DNA from: Octopus sinensis
Taxonomy: Eukaryota
Reading direction: 5' to 3'
DNA: 64,000 nt
Assembly (NCBI RefSeq): GCF_006345805.1
Contig: NC_042997.1
Location: forward strand, 129,146,001-129,210,000
Shown here piece by piece: positions 1 to 11,419 of the stretch. Each line of letters begins with the position of its first letter. The stretch's first letter is position 1. The notes below the pieces were generated by a model. It was not told where the DNA came from. It saw nothing but the letters and a program-made list of their open reading frames with translations, and made no database searches. Made by a program: the position numbers and the translations under genes.

Positions 1-269
1 GCTGCTTCTAAGAATTTGAATTTATTCTATATGTGCAACACTATTGCCAGTAAGCAAATAGTTTTCATACTATTCAACCGGAAGTCTATCCTCTGACCTC
101 TATCAGATGTCTCTCCCATGAACACCTCCAAAGGCTTTATGTTACCCCTTCTCTACTTAGGGCTTATCTCCTATGTAATGTAGTGATTATGTAGTGCATA
201 AAAATGATGGTGTAGTATATGCAAGTTGAAGGTTATTGTATGTTTATGAGTTCTGCCAAATGCGAGCTT

Positions 270-3200
270 TCTTTTCAGATACATGACACTACTGTCCCCC
301 GTCCCAGAGTCTCAAGGGCCCATACCTCCCACACCCTCAGGGTTGGCACACTGAAAGGTAGGTCTGGTGAGATTGTTGAGATGCTTGAACAGAGACGTGT
401 AGATTTGTGCTGCATCCAAGAAGTAAGGTGAAGAGGAAGTCCTGCTAGGTTCCTCACAGGCAAAGAACATAAGTATAAGATTTTCTGAGCAGGGAACACT
501 GATGGGGTCTCACTCACATCCCCATAAATATACTTCTTGCAGAGAAATGAGTTGATAAGGTAATCGAGGTAGTCAGAGTCTGTGATAGAATACTTATGAT
601 TAGATTAGTGCTGCAACATGGGTTAGCAACCATTATTTTGGCCTATGCCCCTCGGCTGGGGCTACCTTATGAACAGAAAGACTGATTTTATGATACCCTC
701 TTGCAGACTACCTCGTCAACGAAAGACAGGGACCTTCTCTTTGTGGCTGGTGACTTCAAAGGGCATCTTGGACAACATGCAGGGGGCTTCCACGTGGAGG
801 CTATGGTTTTGGTTCCTGCAATGAGGAGGGAACCAGGCTGCTGGAGTTCTGCATTGCAAATGATCTTGTGGTTTGTAATACTAACTTCAGGAAACCTGCC
901 AGTCACCTATTCACCTACCGATATAGTGGACACATGAGTCAAATTGACTACATCCTCGCCAGGATACAGATAAGATGGCTACTTATAAATGCAAAGACCT
1001 TCCCAGGTTAAGAATGTACCCCACAACATAGATTAGTAGTTAGCAACTTCAGGATCAGGGCTAAATGGATGCCCAGAAGATGACCAGCATGGAGAAGAAG
1101 AGTCTGGAAGATTAAGGATCCTGCAAATGAACAGAGATTTAGAGATATATTACTCAAAGCTTTTGACAAAATAGAAGGGGATCTAGCATCACATTATGTG
1201 GAAGACAACTGGAGGTTTCTACAGGACAACCTGTTGAGAGCCACTGACCAGATCTGTAGATGGGGCAAAGTCCCCTCTCAACCCGAGTTAATGTGGTGGT
1301 GGGACAATGTAGTTGAACGGGTCATTAGAGAAAAGAAACTGGCATGGAAGGACTGGAGGAATGGTGGTAGCAGGGAATTGTATCAGAGTGCCAGAAAGGA
1401 AGCTAGGAGACTGGTTTACTTAGCCAGAGGGGAAGCAGATAAGAAAAACTTTGCCAATGTCCTGCACCGTGAGGACCAATGACTTAAAGTGTTTTGTATT
1501 GCAAGACAGTGTATGAGAGAGAACCATGATGTCATAGGAGAGAAATGTGTCTGCATGAATGATGGCTTACTTGCATTTACTTCAAGGAGAGACTAGGAGA
1601 TGCCACTATGAAAGGTTGCTAAATAAAGAGAATGAATGGGAGAAAGAGAGTCTGCCAAATGTTAACCCAACAGAGGGATCAGCTATCCAAATTGATAGTA
1701 CCTTGGTAGATAAAGCAATTAAGGCTATGAAGACACGGAAAGCCCCCGGCCCATCAGGAATCACTGCAGAGATGCTTAAAATATCTGGCGGTGTTGGCTA
1801 TAGCCTAGTCACCTGTATAGTCAACCAGGTGATACAAGAAGGAGTCATACCCAATGACTGGTGTGGCAGCACCATAGTCAACTGCTACAAAGCTAAAGGT
1901 GATGCATTAGATACGAATAATTACAGAGGTATCAAGTTATTGGATCAGGTAATGAAAGGCACAGAGAGGGTCATAGCCCAATTGATTAGAGAAGGAGTAA
2001 GCCTAGACGAGATACAGTTTGGTTTCGTGCCAGGGAAAAGCACCACTGATGCCATATTTATGGTAAGACAGCTGCAGGAGAAATACCTAGCCAAAGATAC
2101 ACCTCTGTACCTGGTTTTCGTTGACATGGAGAAAGCCTTTGATAGGGTCCCCAGTCCCTTATCTGGTGGTCTAAGCGGAAACTAGGGATAGATGAATGTT
2201 TAGTGAGAGCTGTACAAGCCATGTACAAGAATGCTGTCAGTAAGGTGGGGGTTGGCAATGAGTGTAGCAAAGAATTCAAGTTATAAGTAGGTGTTCACCA
2301 AGGATCAGTCCTCAGCCCCCTCCTATTCATCATAGTCCTCCAAGCAATAACAAAGGAATTCAAGACAAGATGCCCCTGGGAGCTTCTCTATGCTGATGAC
2401 TTTACTCTAGTAGCTGAGTCACTATCAGAACTAGAGGAGTTTCAGGTACGGAAGCAAGGTCTAGAATCGAAGGGCCTTAGAGTCAACCTAGCTAAAACCA
2501 AAGTCTTAATAAGTAGGAAGGCAGATAAACCATAAATTCCTTCAGGTTGATGACCCTTCATGATCTGTAGAAAAGGTGTAGGTAGAAACTCCATAAGATG
2601 TACCCAGTGTAAGCTATGGATATGTAAGAGGTGCAGCAATATCAAAGGAAGGCTAACTAGGAAGATAGTTTTTGTATGTGGCAGATGCTCAGGAGCAATA
2701 AACACTGAAAATGTGCAGAGAACAACTTGTGCCACATTCCAGGGAGAAAAACTATAAGTAGTTGATAGCTTCCATTACCTAGGTGACCAAGTAATTAGGA
2801 GGGGTCAGTGTACTGAAAGTGTAGCTGCTAGAATAGGAATAGCTTGGGCAAAGTTCAGAGAGCTCGTACCTCTGCTGGTGACAAAGAACCTCTCGCTCAG
2901 AGTAAAAGGTAGACTGTATGATGTGTGTGAACAGCCATGCTGCATTGCAGTGAAATATGGGCCGTGACTGCTAAGGACATGCGTAAGCTTGCAAGGAATG
3001 AAGCCAGTATGCTCTGCTGGATGTGTAATGTCAGTGTGCATACACGACGGAGTGTAAGCACCCTGAGAGAAATGTTGGACTCAAGAAGCATCAGATGTGG
3101 TGTGCAAGAGAGACACCAGTGCTGGTATGGTCATGTGTTGCATATGGATGAGGACAGCTGTGTGAAAAAGTGTCACACCCTAGCAGTTGAGGGTACCTGT

Positions 3201-3750
3201 GGAAGAGGTAGCCCCAGGAAGACCTGGGATGAGGTGGTGAAGCACAACCTTGAAACGTTGGGCCTCACCAAAGTGATGACAAGTGACTGAGACCTTTGAA
3301 GATATGTTGTGCTTGAGAAAACCCAGCAAGCCAAGTGAGACTGTAACTGTGGCCTATACCAGTGCAGCATAACAAGCCCATTTAAGAGTACCCTTCAATC
3401 ATTGGGCAATAAACTGCGCTTGCAAAGACCTGTTGAAGCAAGTGAAATCATTGTTGTGGCCGATGACAGTACCATCTGATTGGCACCCATGCCAGTGGCA
3501 TGTAAAAAGAACCATTTGAGTGTAGTCATTGCCAGTGCCACCTAATTGGCCCTCATGTTGGTGGAACATAAAGAGTACTCACTACACTCTCAGAGTAGCT
3601 GACATTAGGAAGGGCAACCAGCTGTAGAAACTTTGCCAGATCAGATTGGAGCATGGTGCAGCCTTCTGGCTTGCCAGCCCTCAGTCAAACCATTCAACCC
3701 ATGCTAGGATGGAAAGTGGACGTTAAATGACAATGAGGATGATGATGATG
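270..3750 (+). mobile_element. Near full-length, decayed RTE-clade LINE (APE endonuclease + RT with inserted PHD finger + 3' UTR ending in (GAT)n)
   Basis: APE motifs RVGTLKGRSGEIVEMLEQRRVDLCCIQEVR, LFVAGDFKGH, QIDYIL. RT motifs NYRGIKLL, QFGFVPGKSTTDAIF, FVDMEKAFDRVP, HQGSVLSPLLF, LLYADD. C-terminal GRGSPRKTW. Many stops and frameshifts. Confidence 0.95.
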
Positions 3751-4064
3751 ACTATTTATATATACATTTCAGGCTGGGAACTTCTATTTTGTTTCAGAAA
3801 TAAGGTGAATACACAGCATTGATAAGCAACAAATAACTGCAAAATCAGTATTTGTCAATCTTGTTTACTCACAGAGCTGTTTTGTTTTACCTAGCTTTGA
3901 CGTATATTGCATTTTTTAACTCTATATATCTTTAAAGGGATCTTTCCCAGACAGAAGAACACAGTTCTTAGCATTTTAACAACTCACATACGTTAAGTAT
4001 TAATTACTGATTATATGTACATTATTAAGCTGCTTCTAACACATAATTTGAATGTGTGTATGTA

Positions 4065-4878
4065 TGCATCATCATCATCATCATCATCACCATCTTCATC
4101 ATTTGACGTTGATTTTCCATGCTAGCATGGGTTGGATAGTTTGACAAGAACAAGCAAGTCAGAGTTTCTACAGCTGGATGCCCTTCCTAACACCAACCAC
4201 TCTGTGAGTGTAGTGGGTGCTTTTTATGCACCACCGGCACAGGAGTCAGAGGAGACTGGCAACGGCCACAATTAGTTGGTGCTTTTTACATGCCACCGGC
4301 ACGGAAGCCAGTTAAGGCGGCACTGGCATTGGCCATGTTTGGTTGGTGCTTTTTATGTGCCACTGGCATGGGTATTACAACTACAATTTCCATTTGATTT
4401 TTATTTTGATGTTGATGTACTTGACTCAATAGATCTCCTCAAGCACAGCAGGTCACCCTACGATCCAAGGTAAGCACAGCAGGTTGTCCTACATTCCAAG
4501 GTACTTTTGAATTGGCTGGGGCTGGTTATGTGAAACTGGTGTAGGATACAACTATGAACTCACTTTATTTGTCGGGTCTTCACAGTCACAGCATATCTCC
4601 AGAAGTCTTGGTCTTTTATCATTGCTTCTGTGAGGCCCAATGTTTGAAGGTCTTGCTCATCCCATGTCTTCCTAGGTCTACCTCTACCCCGGATTCCTTC
4701 AACTGTTTGGGAGTGGCACTTCTTCACACACACCTCCTCCTCCATCCGTAGTACATGACCATATCAGCACAAACATCTCTCTTTCATGCCACATCCGATG
4801 CTCCTTATGTCCAACATTTCTCTCAGAGTGCTTACACTTTATCGGATGTGTGACATTACACATCCAAGCATTTTCAAT
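4065..4878 (-). mobile_element. 5'-truncated RTE LINE (C-terminus + 3' UTR with minisatellite + (CAT)n tail); duplicate at ~31427..32226
   Basis: Minus ORF CVKKCHSQTVEGIRGRGRPRKTW, followed by the family 3' UTR (aggaagggcatccagctgtagaaac, read on the minus strand) and a CAT tail. Confidence 0.9.
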
Positions 4879-5304
4879 TTGCCCCTTGGAGCATCCAACA
4901 GCTCCAAACAGACACAACATTCAATTCAGAAAAGCATTCTGTCATTCATAGACAAGGATGCATGGCTCTCAAGAAGCCCCAGATCTCAACCAATTAGATT
5001 TTTCTGTTTGATCCATTTTGGAGACAAGGGTCTCGAGCACTCCTCATACTTTGCTCAACACACTGAAGATGAAACTGCACTAGGAATTGGCTTCAATTCC
5101 ACATGAACAGCTGTGTGCCATATGTGAAGCATTTGCACCTAGGCTGTGATTCGAAACAGAGGTGGTCATATTGAATAAATGTGGTAGTATCATAATTGTG
5201 TTTCCTTTACCATTGCATTGCAATGCTCAGACCCAAAATGTAACAATATTTTGCTTTGACAAAATTGAAAAAAATTGCTTGCTTTAATTTTGGGACAACC
5301 TGTA
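4879..5304 (+). mobile_element. Tc1/mariner (DD37D/maT-like) transposon 3' remnant with right TIR and TA; duplicate at 32227..32652
   Basis: Across frameshifts it reads GA...SKQTQ..IQKSILSFIDKDAWLSRSPDLNQLDFSV*SILETRVSSTPHT (cf. WPSRSPDLNPLDFSVWSILE). It ends ttttgggacaacctg|TA, the reverse complement of a CAGGTTGTCCCAAAA-type TIR. Confidence 0.85.
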
Positions 5305-5316
5305 TATATATGCACC

Positions 5317-5347
<31 letters not shown>

Positions 5348-5692
5348 TCTCTCTCCCCCCCTCTCTCTCTCTCTCTTTCTATCAATAAAAAAAGTTACTG
5401 CAATGTTGGGAGCAGCACTTGCTCTATATGTGATTGGTTAATTATCAGTCATTTGATTGTCTGTAATTTTTTTTGTTAATTGTAAGTGGCTTGATGGCTT
5501 AATTAACCATCAAGCAACTGAGTTAATTGCTAGTTGTCTTAAACTTCCTTCAAGGTCAACTGTTTTCAGAATTAAATAACTGTGAAGAATGAATAACCAA
5601 GACATTAGCTTTCACTGAAGCAGTGACTAGTTTTTATATGTATTCAGTTTTGCATGGTAATATTTTAAGAGAAGAGAATATTTTTGTCATAG

Positions 5693-5753
5693 AAAGTTAC
5701 TTATGGAACAAAGGTTTCTGATGTAATATGGGTTAATGGCTCATCAGTTTCAG
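5693..5753 (+). CDS. Possible internal exon of an unidentified host gene (KVTYGTKVSDVIWVNGSSVS-G); duplicate at 33044..33104
   Basis: Acceptor tttttgtcatag, donor CAG|gtatat, open in phase 0, non-repetitive context. No homology recognised. Confidence 0.25.
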
Positions 5754-6414
5754 GTATATGGGAATTACTAATGGGAGAAACTAACACACATTGATATTTT
5801 ATGGACGCATGTAGACATTAATGAGGTAAGCCTACTTCTTAAAACTAAATAACCTCTTGCATCAACAGCCAATCTAAAGGAGCCTCTATGTGGTCATTCA
5901 ACCCGCAAAAAATAGCAAGTAAATTCTCTTCAAACCATACCTTATAATCTTTAAAAAGATTGACATATTGGATAATATAGTCCTAGTTGAATTGTTTGAA
6001 AATTAGATGAGATGGTCATGAGTAAGACGATCCAATCTGAACTGACTAAAATTTAGACATCTAATAATTTTCTTAAAAACTGAATTAAAAGTGTTTAAGT
6101 ATTCTGTAACTATGGCAATCAGTGCCTCTTCTCTTCATAATATTCTGGAGATCATCTCAAACAGTTCACATTTGCTTAACTTAGCTTCTCATATCTCTTC
6201 TTTTCCTTTCCTTATTCTGTATTTACCCATATCTGATCTCTCTATATCTATTGATTTATGTATCTACCTATTCATACTTGGTCTTTATACATTACATGTT
6301 AGTCACCTATGTATTTATTCATAGAAACATTTTTTGTTAGCTACAGTCATACTCTATGTATTCAAAGAATGCTTTATTGAGGCCTGACGACATAAACATA
6401 TCCCTAATTACATA

Positions 6415-6720
6415 GCTGGAGGCACAATGGCCCAATGGTTAGGGCTGCGGACTCATGGTTGGAGGATCGCAGTTTCGATTCCCAGACCAGGCGTTGTGTG
6501 TGTTTATTGAGCAAAAACACCTAAAGCTCCATGAGGCTCTGACAGGGGGTGGTGGTGATCCCTGTTGTACTCTTTCACCACAACTTTCTCTCACTCTCTC
6601 TTCCTGTTTCTTGAGTAATGCTGTGATGGATTGGCGTCCCGTCCAGCTGGGGGGAACACATATACCACAGAAACCGAGAAACCAAGCCCATGAGCCTAGC
6701 TAGGCTTGAAAAGGACATAT
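6415..6720 (+). mobile_element. tRNA-derived SINE; duplicate at ~33766..34071
   Basis: A-box TGGCCCAATGG, B-box-like GTTTCGATTCC, body containing gatggattggcgtcccgtccag. Confidence 0.8.
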
Positions 6721-7287
6721 AAAATAGCCATTTGATAAAAACAGGGATAACTACACACCACACATGGATAACATCCTAACATCACACGATAAAAACTCAG
6801 CTTCCAGAAAATACAATAAATAAATGTAAAAAACTAGCAAACGTTTTTATCGAACATAAGCCACAAAATAAACAGTGAGACACTGTTCGAAGTAATTAAC
6901 AGCATTAATAACAGCCATCCCTTCATTTTTTTTCTGCTTTGCAAATTACTTTATAATCTCACAAGTGCCAGTAGCACAAACGTAGCACCCAGTGCTCACT
7001 GTTAAGTGGTTGGCATTAGGAAGGCATCCAGCTGAAGAAGCACACTAAATCTGATGCTGATGCTGAAGCTCCCCAGACCCAGCCAAATTGTTCAACCCAT
7101 GACAACATGGAAAACAGATGTTAAATAATGATGATTGATGATGATACTACATCACATATCTTAATAACTACCACAAATAACATGCTCAAGCACCAACAGA
7201 AAGTAAACTCACTAATCAAACACCCTTCCCAAAATAAGACACCAAAAACTGCATAAAGAAGGCAGAAGCATAAAAGGCAAATATTTT

Positions 7288-7521
7288 GAAGGCAGCGAGC
7301 TGGCAGAATCGTTAGCATACCGGGTGAAATGCTTAGCGGTATTTTGTCTGCTGTTACATTCTGAGTTCAAATTCCGCCAAGGTCGACTTTGCCTTTCATC
7401 CTTTTGGGGTCAATAAATAAAGTACCAGTTATGCACTGGGGTCGATGTAATCGACTTAATACCTTTGTCTGTCCTTGTTTGTCCCCTCTATGTTTAGCCC
7501 CTTGTGGGAAATAAAGAAATA
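7288..7521 (+). mobile_element. tRNA-derived SINE (gtcgactttgcctttcatcc family) with ~17-bp TSD; duplicate at 34639..34872
   Basis: B-box GAGTTCAAATT. TSD agaagcataaaaggcaa (7264-7280) / agaatcataaaaggcaa (7522-7538). Same family as 25276-25690 and 56451-56680. Confidence 0.9.
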
Positions 7522-7647
7522 AGAATCATAAAAGGCAAGACACACACCTCCCATGTAGATCATGACTTTTAACACTTCCTTTCATAATACACCTGGAAAG
7601 CAAGAGGGAAGCCCAAAACTTCACAATCCTCAAAGATTAGCTAACAA

Positions 7648-7810
7648 ACATGGCTGTGCAGTAAAGAAGTTCACTTTATAACCATGTGGTTTTGGTTTCA
7701 GTCCCACTGTGCACCATCATGGGCAAGTATCTTCTACTATAACCCCAAGCTGACTAACACCTTGTCAATGAATTTGGTAGATAGAAAATGTGTAGAGCAC
7801 TGTCATATAC
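7648..7810 (+). mobile_element. Degenerate tRNA-head CORE-like SINE; related copy at ~21775..21930
   Basis: tggctgtgcagtaaagaag...ggtttcagtcccactg...gggcaagtatcttctactata resembles a tRNA head plus CORE-type ttgggcaag segment; recurs at 21775-21930. Confidence 0.65.
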
Positions 7811-8451
7811 ATATATATCATCATCGTCATCATCATCATCATTGTTTAACTTCCATTTTCCATGCTGGCATGGGTTGGATGGAATGACAGGAGTTGGCAA
7901 GGCCAGGAGCTGCACCAGGTCCCCTAGTCTGCTTCGGCTTAGTTTCTACAGCTGGATGCCCTTCCCAATGCCAACTAGTACTACACACATGCATGCATGT
8001 GTCTTTGTGTTTGTCCCCTCCACTGTTTGATAACCTATGATTTAACAATAAGGATCAATAGAGTAAGTACCAGATTTTAAAATACTAGTTCTGGGGTTGA
8101 TTTGTTCTACTAAACCCATCAGGGCAGTTCCCCAGCATTGCCACACTTTCATGAAGGAAACTAGTAAAAGATAAAAGGACTCTTCTACCATCAGCGAAAT
8201 GGACATGCTTGAGATGCATAAGATATGATGTCCCCAATGTAAAACAGATGTAGTGAGATCACAGGCAGGCTAACTGAGAAGGGAGTCTTCATATGTGGCA
8301 GATGAATAGAAGCAATAAACATGAAGAACGCATAGAAATAGATTCTTTCAAATAACTGGACAATCACAATCCTCTAAAAGAAATTGATGGATTGTCTTAC
8401 TTAAGTAATTCAATTCGCAGTGGTAGTGGATGTTCTAAAACCATTGTAATC

Positions 8452-8488
<37 letters not shown>

Positions 8489-8622
8489 AAAATAGTAAAG
8501 AGTGAAAAAACGACAGAATGCTTAAATGTTAAAAAATATATATATTTGTGTCAAAATGTCTGGAGAATATTGGAAAAAAAATTTTTTCCTTTCCTTAAAA
8601 AGACATAATTTTAAAATTTTTA

Positions 8623-8662
8623 AAGAAATTACCGGTTTCGCGTGTAGCTTTTCAAATTTCTT
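8623..8662 (-). ncRNA. Second copy of the same hammerhead in the opposite pLTR arm; duplicate at 35969..36008
   Basis: Exact reverse complement of 9302..9341. Confidence 0.8.
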
Positions 8663-9301
8663 GTGACATTATGTTTATATTGCATGGAGTTATCGTTGTA
8701 TTTATTTTCAGGAGATTTCTAAATAAGGGGAGGTAGTGAGTGATTTCTTCCGGTGTAAGGGAGATAATCGCTTAAAAATTTTTTCCTTTTCCCTTGTTAA
8801 TTTCTCTGTGTCAGTATGTTCGGATGGTTGAGTCTGGGTTTGTACTTTTCAATGAAGAATGTTTCCTTGTTCAGTCTCATTTGTGTTGATGATCCGAAAG
8901 CACATTGGTAAAATGGGAAGATTAAAAATTGTGGCAGTAGTTGCTTTGCGCATTTTTCAATGTGCTCACTAAAAGGTATCATTCTATATTCTGGGAATGC
9001 AATCTGTTGTCGATGCAGTGTGCATCTACCATCTACCGTTAATCTTCCCATTTTACCAATGTGCTTTCGGATCATCAACACAAATGAGACTGAACAAGGA
9101 AACATTCTTCATTGAAAAGTACAAACCCAGACTCAACCATCCGAACATACTGACACAGAGAAATTAACAAGGGAAAAGGAAAAAATTTTTAAGCGATTAT
9201 CTCCCTTACACCGGAAGAAATCACTCACTACCTCCCCTTATTTAGAAATCTCCTGAAAATAAATACAACGATAACTCCATGCAATATAAACATAACGTCA
9301 C

Positions 9302-9341
9302 AAGAAATTTGAAAAGCTACACGCGAAACCGGTAATTTCTT
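9302..9341 (+). ncRNA. Minimal type-I hammerhead ribozyme (U3-A8 variant) in the Penelope pLTR; duplicate at 36649..36688
   Basis: Stem I AAGAAAU/AUUUCUU (7 bp); core UUGAAAA; stem II GC-UACAC-GC; GAAA; palindromic stem III (A)CCGG(U); cleavage triplet GUA. Confidence 0.8.
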
Positions 9342-9522
9342 TAAAAATTTTACATTATGTCTTTTTAAGGAAAGGAAAAAATTTTTTTTCCAATATTCTC
9401 CAGACATTTTGACACAAATATATATATTTTTTAACATTTAAGCCTTCTGTCGTTTTTTCACTCTTTACTATTTTCTTGTATATTCACCCATGTGCTTTAC
9501 CAAAGAAACTTTCTTATCTATA

Positions 9523-9563
<41 letters not shown>

Positions 9564-9984
9564 TACATGTGTATAAGAAGGGATGTAATACAATTTTTCT
9601 GAATTTTCAGATTTTTCTATATGCTAGGCTACTGGTTTTAAATTGATGTTGATTAAATTAATATTCAGTTTATCACCCTCATTATTTAAATTATATACAG
9701 AGAGAGAGAGAGAGAGATATACATACATGGTTTACAGTGTAACCTGGAGAGTGAACAAGAGAGAGGGTGGTGTTAAGTAAGTTTCCTTTGTAGTTTCTAA
9801 TTTGTCCTAGTTTTTTTGTAATTTCAGTTAAAAATGGAGGGCAGAATGATTTGCTATTGTTGTTTGACCTAGGTCAACACCAATCAGGTACACCTCATGA
9901 CTGAAGGCATTCAACCATTATCAGTCTTTTAGGATTGTATTGGTTTACATTATTCAATGTATCCTCTCTATATTTAACATAATA

Positions 9985-10277
9985 AAGTGCAACAAAGGAG
10001 ATTTGGCTACTCTTTCAAGCTGGTTCAATAAAACAACCACTGAGTGGGATGGATTACTCAACCAGAGGAAAATTCTAACTGACCTCCCCCCCCCCTGCAA
10101 GGTCATGTGCTGTTTATCTTGATATGAGATCATCATGTCACACACATATGGTTGTGATGAAACTCCCTAGTGTACCCTTATCAGACGGGTAGTCATGATG
10201 TGTATACTGGGCTTCGTATATTTTATCCCAGTGTCACTTTGATGGCATGCACTGCTCTCTCACTCAATAATAATAAT
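9985..10277 (+). mobile_element. Retroelement 3' end terminating in an (AAT)n tail
   Basis: ...gtgtcactttgatggcatgcactgctctctcactc followed by aataataataat. The tail form is typical of non-LTR 3' ends; family not identified. Confidence 0.5.
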
Positions 10278-10433
10278 GAGAAGAAGAAGAAGAAGAAGAA
10301 GAAGAAGAAGAAGAAGAAGAAAGAAGAAGAAGAAGAAGAAGAAGAAGAAGATGATGATGATGGAGAAGAAGAAGAAGAAGATGATGATGGAGAAGAAGAA
10401 GAAGAGAAGAAGAAGAAGAAGAAGAAGAAGAAG
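10278..10433. repeat. Compound (GAA)n/(GAT)n microsatellite; structure differs in copy 2 (37629..37786)
   Basis: Directly visible; it produces the poly-K/E/R ORFs. Confidence 0.97.
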
Positions 10434-10720
10434 ATGCAGAAATAACGCACTAAGGATTGAAAGAGGTAGTATAAGTCATAGGCAAAGTGAAATACTCCCT
10501 GAACCCATCATAAACACTAAGACAGATGAACATCAAATAGATGAAGAAAGTAACACAAATATTGACCCAACAGAACTACATGAGCTAAAAAATCAAATCA
10601 TGATTGAATGGCTGAAAATTAAAGAAACCAGTATGGATGAACGCGATACACTCCCAAAAATCCGCAGCTCTAATCAAAACATGAAAATAATTGGTAAAAT
10701 CCGCCAAATCGAAATCGATC
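10434..10720 (+). mobile_element. Probable fragment of an R4/Dong-like non-LTR retrotransposon ORF (pre-RT region)
   Basis: ELKNQIMIEWLKIKETSMDERDTLPKIRSSNQNMKII resembles, from memory, the LPK-containing segment upstream of RT in R4/Dong elements. Confidence 0.4.
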
Positions 10721-11114
10721 AACATCAATGGAATTTGTAGCTGTGATACCAGTGCCAGTGGTACATAAGAGAACCATCCGAACGTGTCCGTTGCCAGCGC
10801 CGCCCCGAGTGGCCTTGTGCTGGTGACACGTAAAAAGCACCATCCGATCGTGGCCATTGCCAGCCTCGCCTGGCCCCCGTGCCGGTGGCATGTAAAAAGC
10901 ACCATCTGATCGTGGCCGTTTGCCAGCCTCGTCTAGCATGTAAAAAGCACCCACTACACTCACAGAGTGGTTGGCGTTAGGAAGGGCATCCAGCCGTAGA
11001 AACATTGCCAGATCTGACTGGGCCTGGTGAAGCCTTCTGGCCTTCCAGACCCCAGTTGAACCGTCCAACCCATGGTAGCATGGAAAGCGGATGCTAAACG
11101 ATGATGATGATGAT
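10721..11114 (+). mobile_element. RTE 3'-UTR fragment with minisatellite and (GAT)n tail
   Basis: Repeated taaaaagcacc units, then gagtggttggcgttaggaagggcatccag...aaacgatgatgatg. Confidence 0.9.
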
Positions 11115-11419
11115 AGAGGCTCTCTTGATGGTTCAAATTAATACTGTTTGTAACTCCTTATATGGTCAGTTGTAAGTGGAGGGAAAAGTTATAATGATTG
11201 GTTGAACGCTGCAAGAATAGAGATAGAGTCTGTTGTCTGATATATTATTGTACTTATTTCATAGAATAAAGAATTGCATGTAACAAAACAATGGGGCTAT
11301 TTGCTAATCAATGAGCAATAGCTTGACCTCACAGTTCAGGGAGAGACAAATGAGAAAATATGAAGATTGTGTTGGGGTGGGGGTGGAGGCAGATAAAGTA
11401 AAAAAAAAAGTAAGTGAAA

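Larger units (their letters stand above)
8482..9482 (-). mobile_element. 5'-truncated Penelope-like element (GIY-YIG C-terminus) with inverted pseudo-LTR duplication; duplicate at 35828..36829
   Basis: Arms 8482-8925 and 9039-9482 are near-perfect inverted repeats around a 113-bp spacer. Minus frame TLHRQQIAFPEYRMIPFSEHIEKCAK...FLIFPFY...RLNKETFFIEKYKPRLN matches the C-terminal half of PLE GIY-YIG endonucleases. Confidence 0.88.

Noticed and set aside
250-330. HDV-like ribozyme at the RTE 5' end
   Set aside because: The element appears 5'-truncated near the ORF start, and no nested double pseudoknot could be traced.
6415-6490. tRNA gene candidates (also 20290-20360, 57409-57480)
   Set aside because: A/B boxes run into SINE bodies with TSDs or tails, and the acceptor stems do not close; these are SINE heads.
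10223-10740. Poly-K/E/R/S/F ORFs (also 37521..38093, 190 aa)
   Set aside because: Translations of a (GAA/GAT)n microsatellite; the frame differs between the two copies.
10741-10960. Repeat-spacer look resembling a CRISPR array
   Set aside because: Degenerate minisatellite in a eukaryotic LINE 3' UTR; spacers are related to each other and there are no cas genes.
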